Part shown: positions 11,550-23,818 of the stretch, piece by piece
Layout: each line of letters begins with the position of its first letter
How positions within the stretch are numbered: position 1 is the first letter of the stretch
NCBI GenBank assembly: GCA_000697335.1
Contig: JNEM01010272.1
Span: 1 to 41,956, forward strand
DNA length: 41,956 nt
Origin: Conidiobolus incongruus B7586
Lineage: Eukaryota
Direction of reading: 5' to 3'
The notes under the pieces: model-generated
Seen by the model: only the letters and a program-made list of their open reading frames with translations
Database searches by the model: none
Told to the model about the DNA's origin: nothing
Program-made: the position numbers and the translations under genes

Positions 11550-14310
11550 ATGTCCTACAATTCAGGACAAAATATTATGTCCATATCTCAACATGATAGA
11601 GAAAAATATCAAAATATATTTCGACAATGGGACATCTCTAATTCTGGTTACTTGGATGGATCTAAAGCTAGAGATTTGTTTTCTCAATCTGGTCTTCAAC
11701 CTTCTGTATTATTTCAAATATGGTACTTTATTTGTTTTATTATTAATTAAATATATTCTCAAAATACATTTTTCATTTTTATGAATAGGAATTTAGCTGA
11801 TTCACAAAATCGCGGTAAACTTGACATTAACGAATTTTGCATTGCAATGCATCTCATCCATTGGAAATTGGCTGGAAACCAAATTCCTCAACAGTTACCA
11901 CCCCAGTTGCTTACATCTGGTACATCTAATTTTGGTCAGCAAAATACAAGCAATTCTAATAATTTGTATAACAATTCAATCAATTGGAACAATTCTCAGG
12001 TTGATTCTTTGACTCCCTCTACTCCAATGAACTCCAATCAAACTAATCAAGGTTTGCATTCTCAATCAAATTCCTCATTGATGAGTCAGCAGGAATTTGA
12101 AGCATTGAAGAATCAGTTGGAATCAAAAAGAAATTTGTTGAACTCGAAAAATCGATCCAAAAAATATACTGAAAACGATATTGACCAATTAAAATCTCGT
12201 ATAAAAGCTTTGTATCCTAAAGCTCCCTTCCACAATCCCAACTTCCCAAAGGATTTGAAGCAGTTGAATAACTCAGTTTCAACAACAGATTCTTCAGAGT
12301 TATCCCAAATATCTGCTATTGAACAGAAGTTGATTTCCCTCCACCTTGAGACCAATCTCAGTGATTTGATATCTAAGGCTACTTCCACTAGTTTGAAACT
12401 TAAGGACGCTTATTTAGAGCTTTTCAAACTACAAGATTCTCAAAAATATGGCTATAAGATTCCTTCAAACAAAACAATAACTTTTCCAAGTACAGCTCCT
12501 ACTTCTAATGACCCTATCGCCCAAAAGGCAGCTGCAATGCTCGCTCAAAGAATGCAAATGCTCAATTTGAATAAGCAGGCCTCAATAACAATCCCATCTG
12601 ATGCCCAGGATCGTATCGGTGCCGAAAGTCAACTACAGAATCAAAAACAATTGGAAAGAGATCAAGCCGTTTCCAAATTAAAGGATGAAATAACTCAATT
12701 AAACAAAGAATTTAACTCTCTTATTTCTAACTTGAAAGGCCTTAACGACCTTTCTAGAGAATCTGATATCAAAAAGTTAAAATCAGAACGTAAAAAGTTT
12801 GAAGAAGGATATGGCCTTAAAAGCTATCGTGCCAATAGATTGCTAGACGAGCTCAAAAAGCTGTCTTTAGACTTGATATATCCACCAGAAACTCCAAAAC
12901 AAGACAAGCAATCATATACTAACCCTGATGATTTATTCTCTCCTACTCAGGTCTCTGACAACAGTCCATTTGCTCCTCCTTCTAGATCAGCTGAAAATGC
13001 AGATATGCAATCCACAAGTCATCAATCGCCTCCTAATACGACTGAATCTTCTAATCTCACATTTGAAGAAATCGCACAATCATCTCGCCGTGCCCGTGAT
13101 CTATTCACTTCCATGGAAAGCACACACCATGATTCTGCGCCCATAAAATCAACTGGTGCCAAATGGCAGCCACCCAAGCGCAGTGCTGAAATTGATGCAG
13201 CATTTGATTCTTTAGCCAGGCAAAAGGAATTGGAGAAGCAAAATAGGCTTAAAGCAAAAGAAGAAGAGGATCGCAAGAGACGCCAGTTATATGAAGAAGA
13301 ACAGAGTTCGCAAACCAAAGAAACAAATATGATTCAATTTGCCGCTAGAACCGCAAGAGAAAGGGTTCATCAGCTTGAAACAAGTGCTAAAAGTGAACCT
13401 GTTACTTTACCTTCTGCTCATACAAACATTATTCATATTAAACCCAATATTTCCCCCACTGGTAACAACGATGATAACGATGATGAGTATGAAAGAGATC
13501 CTCCTCAGCAAGCTGCTGTTCCATCACCATCGCTACCATCTCAAGTTTTCACTTCTGAATCAACTCCAGAACAAAATGAAACTCCTAACTTTGAATCACA
13601 AGAAAAGCCTTCATTAGGTGACAGCTTATTTGGTGTTGCTTCACCTCCATTTAAAAAAGGTCATTCCAAAAAACTCTCTGCCTCAAATCCTTTTAATACT
13701 GATGTTCAAGAGAGTAGTACCACTCATAATCCTTTCATGAAGCCTGAACAGAGCCAACTAGAACTTCCTGTAGTTGATAAAGCCTCAGCAGTTTCAAACC
13801 CTGAGCAATCACAAGACGGAACTCTTTTCATAGTTACTGCACTTTATGATTATGATAATGAAAATGGTTTTAGTTTCAAAGAAGGCGATCAAATTTATGT
13901 TACTATTGCTGATGACGATAATCCTGATTGGTGGTAAGTAAACATATATCTTATGCTATTTTATATATCTAACATATTTCAGGTGTGGTTACTTGGAATC
14001 AAATCCAGATATGATAGATTGGTTTCCTCAAAATTATGTTGAGAGGGTGTCTAACAAATCAATTGAAGCTAACAACGACTTATCATCCCAACAACCAGAA
14101 CCCGAATCCGAACCAGCTCACGAGCCTGACACTATCTATGCTGAAACTCTCTTTGATTACACTGCTGAGCATGGGGACGAATTAACAGTGCTCCCTGGTA
14201 TGAGAGTGATCGTCATTGATCAAACTGATCCTGACTGGTGGACCGCACAAACAGAAGATGGCACTGTTGGGCTACTTCCTGCCAGCTATCTTAGCATTTT
14301 AAGTAAGTAG
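11550..14310 (+). CDS. CIN1: Intersectin/Cin1 short isoform (EH-CC-SH3-SH3), ending at TAG 14308-14310 when the 14303 donor is not used
   Basis: Reading through the GTAAGT donor gives ...SILSK* directly after the second SH3. This parallels the known ITSN-S and Cin1-S isoforms. Confidence 0.65.
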
Positions 14311-17180
14311 TATATTGTAAATCATTATTTCAGTTTCCTCTTCCTCTTGCCTCCTAGAACTCCCCTTACATCTTCAGTTTTAGCTTTATGGTTTTATAAT
14401 ATTGATTATCTCCTCTCTCCCATCCATTTGATTTAATTACTTAATCAAGAACCACCTTCCAATAATCTAATTCTCATTTAGAAATTAAAAAGGTGGAGGA
14501 AGGGGAATTTGAAAGTTACAGAACTACTTATATTCTCCATCATTAAAATATCGCTTAATTTCCTTTACAGATTAGTTCATTTATATTCAATTAAATGTTT
14601 ATCAATTCAATTGTCCCAAAATATTTAATAGTATCATTTTAAATCAAACATAGAAATGTATTTGATACAAACTAGCGATATCCGATTAATAACTTCCCCT
14701 TCCTCCACTCATTAAAAATATTACATTAATAATATCAATCTATAGTTTTAATTATTCAAACAATCTCCACAATATTTTTCTAACATCATTACATTAATAA
14801 TTAACAAATTCGTTTTTATTTTCATATATTAATTTGTTTCACTCATTAGATCAAAATGGGAAATCTTGTCAAACACACAAATCAACAAATAGTCAATTTC
14901 AAAATGATTTTAATTCATCAAAGTATAGCATTACTACAATTAACAACTCAAAAAGTAAGAATCAAATATATCATGAAAACAACCTACAATTATTAATTAC
15001 CTTATCAGATAAAACTGGCAAACTGAGCCCAAATCATACATCAGCGAACAGGACAGATATTCGAAGAGGATCCAATCACGAACTTGAAGCGAGTAAAATA
15101 CAAGCTTATTTTGCTGGAGATCGTAGAGCTTCTAGTACAAGTAGTTTGGTGCATCCTTCTTCTCCTTCAGAGTCGAATATTAGCAGTTACTTCGAAGATC
15201 CTACATCAAATGTAATTGTCATTGTGATTTAAAATTTCAATTCTTTAATTTGATTTTTAGACCCCATACCGCAAAGGCTGGAGTACAATAGTGCCACCTG
15301 AAATCTTGAGAACATTCTCACCAATAGAGAAAAAGCGTCAAGAAGCTATCTTTGAGCTGATCACAACAGAAAGAACATATTTGAAAGATTTGCAAATTAT
15401 TGTTGAGGTAATATTTAATTTAAATGAATAAATAAATATACTGAAATACTTTGTAGCTATTTCTTACACCCTTGGATAGTTATTTAACCTCTGAAGAAAG
15501 AAACAAAATTTTCAGCAACCTTGAGGAGCTGGTACTAATTAATACTCAATTTCTTTCAGAGTTGGAGAGTTTGCCTTCTAAAACTGATATGTCTGTTCAA
15601 GGGGTTGGCAAAGTGTTTTTACAATACGTAATCATAGTATAATCATTCTCTATTATATACTAATACCAGTTCTTAGTGTCCAGAATTTGAAAAATATTCT
15701 ACCTATTGTAGTAATCAAGCTGCATCCTCAAAATTCATACAATCAAAAATTAAATCAGATCCTAAGTTTGAAAAAATGTTGAATGTGAGAACACCTTATA
15801 TTAAAACTTAAATTACTTATTTAATCTACTTTTAATTATAGGATATAAGCCAAAAACCGCAATGCAGACAATTGAACTTGATGAGCTTTTTACTAGAGCC
15901 AATCCAAAGAATAACTCGTTATCCAATGCTTTTACGTCAGGTAAATAATAGCTTATATACGAATATAATAACAAATTCGTAATTTATTGATATAGATTAT
16001 TAAATACACTCCGGAAGATCACTTCGATTATGCTCTAATATATCAATCGATTGAACAACTCGAAGAGTGCCTTAAGCGGTTGAATCAAAATGCACAATAC
16101 GGGGAATCTGAACAACGACTTATCGAACTGTCCAGGACCATTGATCTAGAGCGATGTCCCGGTCTTAATATCACTGGCATGACACGTTTTCTTGGACCAC
16201 GTGTATGTCTTATGGAGGGGCCGCTGATAAAATCTAAAAAGGGGAAAAAGCTTCATCTATTTCTTTTTAATGACATGCTGCTAATTACCATACCTGACAA
16301 GAATTTCAAAGGTCCTATTTATTCATTATATCGCCCTCCAATTCCTTTAGATGAGCTCTCAGTTAAAGAATTATCCAATGAAAAATCAATGAATATATTC
16401 TCTAGTAATGGTAATATTCAATATGAATTTTATTCAAATCCAATCTTATACTAACTTATATTTTTATTTGTAGATGAAAACTGTTTCCAATTAATCCATG
16501 CCAAAGAAACCATCGTATTCAAATGCTCTGGTGTCAGCGTCAGAAAGAAATGGATTAACGAATTTAATCAAGCTATCTCTATTTGTAGAGAAGCACATCA
16601 AAGTTGCTTTTCTACAATTACTTTTAGACACCAGAATATCCATGAGGTACTTGCTTACCTTCAATTTACTCTTTGCTGTGGAAATAATTTGAAAATTAAA
16701 GGTAAGGTAAAATTACGATTAAAAATCTTGCTTCTAACATTATTACATTAGATGATTGGTCACATTCTGAGCTTAATACATATTGTAAAGTTAGAATTGG
16801 TGATGAAATTTTTTGCTCACAAGTTGTATATAACAGCAACCATCCTCAATACAATCAGGTAAGTCATAATTAACCTGTAGTTAATTTTACTAAATGATTT
16901 TTGCTAGTCTTATACTTTTCACATTATTGACTTTGAGGCAGAATTAACAATTCAGGTCTATAATATCAACCATTTCCAACCCGATGGTAGGCTCATTGAT
17001 TTTAAATTAAAAATATTATATATTAATTTATAAATAGATTTCATTGGAGAAACAAGTTTCAATGTCTCTCATTTGTTAGAGCTCAATCAATCTTTACCTG
17101 AGATATTTACATTAGAATTATCGCCTTCTTCACCAGATCATGTGAATTCTGTAACTATTCAGGTTCAATTAAGTAATTGA
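11550..17180 (+). CDS. CIN1: Intersectin/Cin1-like endocytic scaffold, long isoform: EH - coiled coil - SH3 - SH3 - DH (RhoGEF) - PH - C2
   Basis: Exons, all phase-compatible: 11550-11722, 11789-13933, 13983-14302, 14850-15211, 15261-15407, 15457-15627, 15677-15784, 15842-15940, 15996-16410, 16474-16701, 16752-16858, 16908-16986, 17038-17180. EH: LFQIWNLADSQNRGKLDINEFCIAMHLI. SH3s: ALYDYD..WW, TLFDY..WW..GLLPASY. DH: EKKRQEAIFELITTERTYLKDLQ, LMSFLLEPIQRITRYPMLL. PH: LHLFLFNDMLLI..RKKWINEF. C2: YCKVRIG..HPQYNQ..FQPDDFIGE. Confidence 0.88.
14493..14708 (+). promoter_or_regulatory. Long-range intronic RNA stem (15-bp perfect inverted repeat plus nested 8-bp helix)
   Basis: GTGGAGGAAGGGGAA (14493-14507) is the exact reverse complement of TTCCCCTTCCTCCAC (14694-14708). 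ATATCGCT (14548-14555) pairs with AGCGATAT (14674-14681) inside it. Confidence 0.7.
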
Positions 17181-17763
17181 GATTAAAAATATCAACTTTA
17201 TCCTCATGTACCTAGATTAAAATAAACTACTACTGTATTTAATAAAATGGCATTCAAATATACTGGTTTTGTTCTAATTCTTTTTATTGATTTAACATAT
17301 GGAGTATTTAAAGGAAATTGAATATAAATTATCAATATTATTAATTTTAAAATAATATAGATAGTATAACATATATAAGGAGAGAATTATAAAGGTGATA
17401 AAATTATAATTTAAATAATAATATCCAAGTGATATTTGAATAATTTATTTTAATTCATAATATAAATGGAATTTGTATTGAGTGTTATTTTGATTTTGCT
17501 ATAAGCTTTAGGCTATATATGGGACACTTCTTTTAAATATATTATCAGAATTTTCTGAAGTTCGCTCTTGATATTAGATACTAATTATAATGATAATATG
17601 TTAATAAAAAATCAAGGTACCTAATCATATGAGATGGGATAATTATTCTAATGCTTTACCTTGAGAGATTTAAAGCAAACAGGAAATAAATCAAGACATA
17701 AGCTATACAATTATTGTTAATTACCCAATATTACTATCCGATAATTTGGAGATTTTAGTAATA

Positions 17764-18312
17764 TTAAAATTGTCTATTGGTGGTATTGTTTTGATTGCTA
17801 TTTCCTCTAGAATTTGACTCAAAACGAAATGAATCACCCATAGACTCCATATCAGAGCTGTTATTACCAAAACCAGGACTTGACATTGCAGCTGATTTAA
17901 GGGAATTAATTCTATGTCTACAAAAGGCTTCAATTTCGGAGATTGGAATATTAGCTTGCATGGGATTAAATTCCGAGCCGTTATAATTATTTTGTTGATA
18001 TTGTCTTTGAATCCACTGTACAAGGTGGTGAGACAAATCTTTTAAACACTGCTCATACCCGAGTTGATAACTCCTTATTTGTTGTGCTTGAGCTTCTTTG
18101 AATAGATTATACACCTTAGAAGCGGCACTTTTGAAGTTTGCGGACATGATATTTGCATCCTGCTGAAATATAGGGTCATCCATATTGGGGAAAATGTGCT
18201 CATTCATAGATTGGTTGTTTGAAGGCTGATTCATTATATTGGACTGGGGTGAGTTCATGTTAACCATCGGGGAATTTGGATGTGAGTTGGAATAGGGTTG
18301 CTGATGATTCAT
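17764..18312 (-). CDS. HAPSTR1: HAPSTR1/TAPR1 (C16orf72)-like protein
   Basis: 182-aa ORF. The core MSANFKSAASKVYNLFKEAQAQQIRSYQLGYEQCLKDL matches the family motif F..AA..V..LYK......S...GY....D. Confidence 0.7.
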   Translation of the reverse strand: MNHQQPYSNSHPNSPMVNMNSPQSNIMNQPSNNQSMNEHIFPNMDDPIFQQDANIMSANFKSAASKVYNLFKEAQAQQIRSYQLGYEQCLKDLSHHLVQWIQRQYQQNNYNGSEFNPMQANIPISEIEAFCRHRINSLKSAAMSSPGFGNNSSDMESMGDSFRFESNSRGNSNQNNTTNRQF

Positions 18313-20085
18313 GTTATAATATTTTTTGTGAATTAAAGGTATTGAAAAGTAATAAACAGCTATTAAAATTTGAAGTCATATATTATGATTGAATAATTAA
18401 TTTTATGGGTGGAACCTAATAATTTTAATCTTTAGGAATTTCAAAATTTTAACCTTAAAATTGATGATTACTTTAAATAAAAATTCAATAATCTGATTGG
18501 TTAATCACTTATGTCACGGAGAATATTTTTTATCTTGTCGATTGAATCAGTATTGGTTATTAAAGTTAATTCAATATTCTAATATTCAAGCCTACAACTG
18601 ATTTAATATTTCATTATTGATAAACAAAAAGAATTGATAAATTTAATATTACATATATTAGTGTTAGAAAATAGACACTTACTCTTCAAAATACAAACCT
18701 AGTTCCAATATTTGTTAGCAATATATTTCATAATATTTTGAATAAACTTTATATTTCAAGCAATACAGAAAAACTTCCCAAAGTTAACCAATAATTTCTG
18801 AACAAAAACTCATTTTTGAATATCAACCAATACAATATTACTGTTCCAGAGTAAAATTTTATATTTAATATATATTGAAAAAAAATACAAAATAAATTCA
18901 GGAACAATATAAAAATTTATTGAAGAAAATTTTGGTCCAGTTGGGAAAATTTTACTGTATATAATTATTATTTCTTTTCTATATTGATATTAAATATCCC
19001 ATTCTATATCACAATTATAGAATTGCATAGATTTTTCTAAATTTCAGTCATGTATTTTATTAAGCTTTAATTTTTCAAAGATTTTGAAAGTATTTTAAAC
19101 TTATTAAAAATAATGATATATAAAATATAATCAATATCTATTTTTTCTAATTTACATTGATAATAAAAAGACTTTTATTGTTCAATCTATAGCTTATAAC
19201 TAGATATATAAAATTATCATTTTGATTCATATTTAATCTCATGCCAAAATTACATTACTGAATATTTTCTATTTAATTTTCACATCAAAATCATTGTATC
19301 AATAGTTATTGCAATCACAAAATTACTTTATCATCGGCTTAAACAATAAAACTAATTACGGTTTGGTAATTACTTGATGAAAATAAATATGCTATTTCAG
19401 TGATATACAAGGTATCTATGTATTTTTCATCAATATTGTTATTTTAAATTTGTGAATGAAAAATTGTGATTAATATTATTCTATTAATCAGATATTTTAA
19501 TTATAATATATGAATTATCACTATATATATATATATATATATTTAACAATGTTTTTTAATATTTCGTATAAATTGATGTAACTTGTAAATACTAATTTTA
19601 TTAAAATATAAAAAAATCAATTAATAATTTAGTTTTTTATAGTAATAAATAAATCAATTTATTCAGTCCAAAGATTAAAATTCAGTTTTAATATAAACAA
19701 ATAAAAATATTTATGCCAATTTACTACTATGGATAATATACTTTCAAAATAGTTTTGTGATCAGGATATTTAAAAAAACGAAAAATGTAATTTGATAGAT
19801 AATACAGTTTATTAGATTTAGTTAAAATTATATAAACAATTGAAATATTATTAACATTAACTATATTTGTTACACTTAATATGATATCATTATGTATCAA
19901 TATGAAAGAGATTATATCAAATCCCATAATGATTCAGTTGATGGTTATGGGGTTAAATTCTGAAACAATTCAATTCAAGTTGTTGACAATCAATTGGATA
20001 GTCCCTATTTCATAATTCTTGAGAATTTTGTCCATTGAACAAATATCTTCGTAATCAAACCATATAAATTTTATTATTTAAAAAA

Positions 20086-23000
20086 ATGATATCACTCGAT
20101 TCAACTGAATATCCTACAAAACTATTTGAAACTTCATCAATTGAGGACGAACCAAGTATTGACTTAGTAAACTAAATTTAAAAATTCAAAATCGAATATT
20201 TTACCAATTTTGTTTTGAATGAATAGGACTTTCAAAGTTGTTATGATGAATTCTATAAACCTTTGGAAAACAAGTCTGATATTGAAATTGAAAATCAGCT
20301 TAACAGTCAGGTGAATAATATTCATTTATTACTCACTTTATAAAATATTAAACATTCAATAAAGGCTACATTATCAGACGGAAAACCAAATTTGAGATTG
20401 ATGAAAGGTTTAATTCATTCTATTCTTATCAACCATGATCAAGCTTTATTAGTAAGTTGTTGATCGCTAATCAATTATTTTTGAGTTTTAATAGTTTAAT
20501 ATTTGAAATTAGAATTTAACAAGAATATTCCGAAGTATTCCTTCTAGTCGCGACCATTTTATTGAAATTCTTACACCCTTATTATTGCATGAAGATTTTC
20601 ATAAAATATATTTCTATTGTAGAAAACAGGTATATTAATTTTTATTGTGGTTTCATATTATGAATATTCAATATATAATCTAGTTAATTTGGATTATAAA
20701 CAACATCACTGGTCAAATTTACAATATTGAGCAACTTTACCATCTATTATTAAGGAATATTCCAGGTATATTCTTCATTTAATTATAATTTATCACCATT
20801 ATAAGTTAACAAAATCTATTCTGAAATTTAACTAGCATGTCGCACGGACCCTGTTTCAATATCATTTTCCAATGAAGTCGTAGATTTACTTGTTAATCAA
20901 AGGTTTCTATTATTCAGTATTCTAACTATTTCATTTAGTAACTTAAGCTTATTAGAGAGACTATTGTAAAAATGCCATTGATTTTAAAATCATCAGTCTA
21001 TTTACTATTATGCATGATAAATGACCATAAAAATCATTCAGATCTTCGAAAAAAGGAAATTGACCTTGTATTATATTTTTTGAAATCCGATGTAAGTTAA
21101 ATTAGTTAAATTTCAAATTGCATCTAATAATTTTCTAGTTTATGACATGTATTAGCATTGGGCGCGAATTTATTCGAGTACTCCATAGCATTCTCCCAAT
21201 TCCTGAAATCGCAGACCTCTGGGCGAATATGGTGGTTTTACCTCAAAGAATTCACCCTAATTTCCAAGGGATTCAGCAAATTCTCCATACGCCTACTAAC
21301 CAAGAAATTTTTGAACTCCGTATATCTTTTAAGATGGCTAATTTTATTCAATATCTATTACATAGTATTACTATTGAGAATCGGTCTTTGCATATTTCGT
21401 TATTCAAAAAGATTTTACTAAATGAACCAGAGATGGAAGCCATTTATCCTGATATAGTACGTTATTTGGTTGGACACTCATCTTGCCAAGGTTCTATCAA
21501 AAGCGATGCACTTACACGTTACGTGCTTATTGTGGATTTGATTTCTCAATTAAATTCGCTTACCATTATTTCCGACTGTCAGTTGGCACTAGTTTTTGAT
21601 TGGCTCTTCTACCAACCTGGTGCTGATACCCCATTTAATATTGAACCTGCAGCATTGATCATTTATAATTCACTTAATGGTCATCCATATATATCCAATA
21701 CTCTGCTAGAATTTTTATTCGAATCGGCAACCTATTTTTATCCCCATTCATCACCACCCCTTCAAGCCGGCTTAGTTAATGGTATGCGTATACTATGCGC
21801 ATCTGGTGTCATTACCACTCTTGATCCTTTTTTCGAATTTAACGTACATCCTAAGCTAAAAAAACAAATATATGAAACTTTCAAATCTTTTCTTTCTGAA
21901 AAAGTATTGTCTACTTTCGATCCAAATTCTACATTTAATGGTCTAGCTCCCATGCATCCTCCTACACCTACTCATGGAACTCCTTCTCCAGGTCCACCTC
22001 ATACACCTCCCAATGAACTATATGAAATTGAACCCAATTGGGGATCAGATGAGCAAGAAGCACCCAATTTTTCACCAACATATGATGACTATAAAGCTAT
22101 AAATGAAAATAATGAAAATGGAAGTGTGAGTCAACCTAGTGAGCATAGTTCAGATCAACAAAACTCACCTGAAGATATCAGCCCACCAAAGGGTATTATT
22201 TTGAATTTAGAAGACGAGACATTAACTGAGTATCGAGAGTATTTGGAAAAATTAAAAGAGTACTCAATCAACGCAAACTTTTCTGAGGCTTCTTTAGTCA
22301 TGAGCGAACTGATTGAAAAAATATTGAAAGCAGCTGAGCCTCAATCAGCTCTAATTGATTCTCTCTTGATTTTGATTCCTGACCTAACTTACGTAGAAGT
22401 ATCCAAGGAAACTATCGAAAAGCATGAAGGGCAATATATCTCGCCCGAAATTCAGGATATACTCACTCCCATAATTGATCAAACCATTCAGCATATGGAT
22501 AACGATGAAACATTTAAAAAATTAGCGGATCTGACTTGGAAACTTGCTTCTAATAGCAAGCACTTAAGTTATCGTATTCTTATACAGTTGATACGACAAA
22601 ATGAAGATGTTTCCAAAGCTTATCAATCTTTTTCTAAGATTATCAGTCACTGGCCTGAGAATTTTAATCAGATTATTCATAATATTTTTGATGTAACATT
22701 TATTAATATCATATATCTTGTTAGATCGTGCTAATTATTCCGATAGGACCTTTGTTATACAAGTTTGGAGTTGTTTGATTGCTTATTTCCTCAATTTTAT
22801 CGATATATCACACAATGTGTTGGCGATCTTAATCTTATATTGATTATTATTCAAAATTTAAACCCATTCATAGTATTTATTTACCATTGTATCTATGCAT
22901 TCAAAAATACTAAGTTTGGTTTTTTAGTTGAATAATTTGTTATCAAGACTTTCATCTAATCGATTGATAATATTTGGGCCTAATATTCAATCCTATTTAA

Positions 23001-23802
23001 GTAAGTATTTATAGTTTTTATATCCAAATATTTTCTTTAACAATATTTCAAAGATGAAACATTACAATGGGACTTAGAGTACCAAGAATCTCTATGGAAA
23101 TTATTATCAATTGAAACTTATGGAAAATTACGCTCAATCAATGGTATCCTGAAAGAATTCCTTCCCTATTTAATAGGACCAGGTAATTTTGGGTTTATAT
23201 TATTTAAACTTAATACTAATATAATATATTAGATGCAGCATATGAATCAGACCTAGATACAGGTGAATTAAATTAAAACAAATTGAAGAGTTAAATTAAT
23301 TTTTGTAGTAGATTGTGAAGTAGCTCTGAGAAGTCTTGTGCCATTAATCACATCAGTTCATCCAAATTTCGATACGCTTGAACAATTATTTTTACTTAGT
23401 TCAGTGATGTTTAACAATGGTACCCATATGATTTTGAATAGTGTGTTATCTATTTGGTCTAGAAACTGTGATCGAATGCTGGAGCAGCCATTGAAGAAAT
23501 TGTTTGATCAATTGATGGAATTTACAGGCCTTGATCAAGAAGATCATCCAATTATGCAAAATATATCTTCTTTCAGTTATATTATTTATGAATGGTGGAA
23601 TATGTATTACTCAAATGATGTCATAATAGAGGATATCAAAGATGGCGTAACAAATGGTAATTTCATTATTAACTTTCAACATGAAATACTAACCATGGTA
23701 TTAGATATTACTTCTATGTTAGATATTCCTACGTTATTAAAGAATATTATATCAAAGTATAATTTAGAAAATTATTTCTCAAATTTATTCGTGGAAAATT
23801 AA
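20086..23802 (+). CDS. INTS3: Integrator complex subunit 3 / SOSS-A, multi-exon
   Basis: ATG 20086 (MISLDSTEYPTKLFETSSIE). Spliced exons give DH...LRKKEIDLV, CISIGREFIRVL..IPEIADLW, LALVFDWLFYQPGADTPFNIEPAALII and HPYISNTLLEFL, all matching the INTS3 N-terminal domain. The last exon ends at TAA 23802. Includes a ~30-nt micro-exon (23233-23262) and an in-frame 48-nt intron (23657-23704). Confidence 0.9.
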
Positions 23803-23818
23803 TAAATTATAAATCTTC

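Noticed and set aside
14834..16692. ORF-track entries 14834, 16080 and 16498 as separate genes
   Set aside because: They are exons or off-frame shadows of the intersectin long isoform.
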